Shown: one piece after another, positions 62,870-64,000 of the stretch
How the letters are laid out: every line of letters starts with the position of its first letter
Position numbering within the stretch: position 1 is the first letter of the stretch
DNA from: Paracoccus sp. (in: a-proteobacteria)
GTDB lineage: Bacteria; Pseudomonadota; Alphaproteobacteria; Rhodobacterales; Rhodobacteraceae
Direction of reading: 5' to 3'
DNA: 64,000 nucleotides
NCBI RefSeq assembly: GCF_035556475.1
Contig: NZ_DATMFA010000022.1
Span: forward strand, 72 to 64,071
Translations under genes and position numbers: made by a program
Notes under the pieces: model-generated
Told to the model about the DNA's origin: nothing
What the model saw: the letters and a program-made list of their open reading frames with translations, nothing else
Database searches by the model: none

Positions 62870-63235
62870 TCAGGTCGAGGGGATTCCGGCATGGAAGGCG
62901 TCTTCTGGGACGCGGTCCATAAAGTAGATGATGACGTTCTTGGCATCGGTCCCATAGGCCTCGGCTACAGCGGCAGTGATCAGCCGCGCGGCCTCGCCCT
63001 TGGCTTCGGCATCACGTGGGAATGCGTGGATTTTTATGAATATGCGGAAAATTTCGGCGGTTTTGCCGTGTTTTCCTGCATGTCCGTAGGAATAGTCGGG
63101 GGTCGAATTATAATAGCAGGTGACGATTTCAGGCTTGATCGCAAAGGCCTGGCACAGACCATCGGTCATTGAGCGGGTCGCAAGTTCGCGAATTTCCGGG
63201 CTTGGGCCGGAATCGGTGACTTCGATGAAAGGCAT
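62870..63235 (-). CDS. Tautomerase superfamily protein (Pro1, double beta-alpha-beta)
   Basis: MPFIEV N-terminus; 121 aa with two repeats (..K.E.ARLITAAVAEAYG....NV.IYF). Confidence 0.7.
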   Translation of the reverse strand: MPFIEVTDSGPSPEIRELATRSMTDGLCQAFAIKPEIVTCYYNSTPDYSYGHAGKHGKTAEIFRIFIKIHAFPRDAEAKGEAARLITAAVAEAYGTDAKNVIIYFMDRVPEDAFHAGIPST

Positions 63236-63287
63236 GGGGTTATCCGTCCATTGGTCAGTCGATCAGATGTGATCCAACATGTTTCTA

Positions 63288-63309
63288 TTGACACATTATC
63301 TGATCAGAT
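63288..63309. promoter_or_regulatory. TTGACA -35 followed by a perfect 12-bp palindrome (candidate GntR operator)
   Basis: TTGACA at 63288; ATCTGATCAGAT at 63298-63309; partial GATCAGAT copy at 63261. Confidence 0.6.
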
Positions 63310-63359
63310 CAAATCTGAAATCAACCTTGCTGATGTGATCGGGATCCGGGAGTGAAAGA

Positions 63360-64000
63360 ATGAAATTTCGCGGCAGCTATACCGTCTGCGTGACGCCCTT
63401 TGACGGGCAGGGGCAGCTGGATCTGGAGGCTTTGCGCCGCTATGTCGACTGGCAGATCGACGAGGGGGTCCATGGCCTGATCCCCCTTGGCAGCACGGGC
63501 GAATTCCTGTCGCTGACCCGTGACGAGCGCGCGGCCGTGGCCGAGACGACCATCAGGCAGGCCGCAGGCCGGGTACCCGTCCTGATCGGCACTGCCGCCG
63601 AATGGACCGACGAGGCTGTCGCGCTCAGCCGCGAGGCCGAAAGCCTTGGTGCGGATGGCGTGATGCTGGTGCCGCCCTATTACTCCTCGCCGACCGAGGC
63701 GGAACTTCTGGCTCATTTCACCCGCGTGGCCGAGGCGATCTCGATCCCGGTGATGCTCTACAACAACCCGTTCACGGCGAATGTGGATCTGACCGCCCCT
63801 CTGGTCGCGCGCCTCTCGGAGGTCGAGAACATCAGCTACATCAAGGACACGTCCAAGAACGTCCATCGCGTGACCGAGCTTCTGGATCTGTGCAAGGGCC
63901 GTATGACGGTTTTTGCGGGCTATTACCCGTGGGAGAGCTATCTGGCGGGGGCTGAGGGTTACAGTTCGGTCATGTCCAACATCTCGCCCTCGCTTTCGGC
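63360..64000 (+). CDS. DapA-family class I aldolase/lyase (3' truncated by window edge)
   Basis: VTPFD, PLGSTGEF, PYY, LYNNP, YIKDTS; ATG at 63360 is not listed in the ORF track because the stop lies outside the window. Confidence 0.88.
   Translation, partial: MKFRGSYTVCVTPFDGQGQLDLEALRRYVDWQIDEGVHGLIPLGSTGEFLSLTRDERAAVAETTIRQAAGRVPVLIGTAAEWTDEAVALSREAESLGADGVMLVPPYYSSPTEAELLAHFTRVAEAISIPVMLYNNPFTANVDLTAPLVARLSEVENISYIKDTSKNVHRVTELLDLCKGRMTVFAGYYPWESYLAGAEGYSSVMSNISPSLS

Noticed and set aside
1-64000. CRISPR arrays, tRNA/rRNA genes, intact IS elements, integrases, toxin-antitoxin or defence genes
   Set aside because: By eye I found no regularly spaced repeats, RNA-gene signatures or corresponding ORFs; a tRNAscan/Infernal/CRISPR scan was not run

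Overview
GC-rich alphaproteobacterial DNA, Rhodobacteraceae/Paracoccus-like by gene repertoire (an inference). The window is packed with catabolic and uptake gene clusters. I saw no rRNA, tRNA, CRISPR array, intact transposase or phage genes. Four blocks stand out. (1) 469-14694: a gamma-butyrobetaine/L-carnitine utilisation cluster (bco/cdh type) with a family-5 ABC importer and two GlxA-type AraC regulators. (2) ~14700-27150: an apparently acquired island with a BlcR/AttJ-like regulator plus SSA dehydrogenase, an IS256 scar, a TTT transporter and a hybrid aromatic pathway (MhpA/B/C-like upper part, HpaH/HpaI lower part). (3) 27180-50123: a ~23 kb organosulfur-scavenging supercluster with 4 luciferase-like monooxygenases, 3 DszC/SfnB-like monooxygenases, 2 DszB-like desulfinases, and 3 paralogous binding proteins sharing one ABC core. 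It carries an Rrf2 regulator with five recognisable 8-7-8 operator copies and proteins strongly depleted of Cys/Met. (4) 50310-64000: two adjacent uncharacterised modules pairing CoA beta-oxidation-like enzymes (CoA transferase, ACAD, MaoC) with DapA/HpcH aldolases, a TRAP transporter and a 4-OT-like tautomerase. Product calls come from motif recognition without database searches. Many start codons were trimmed from the supplied ORF track, and residue counts were done by hand.
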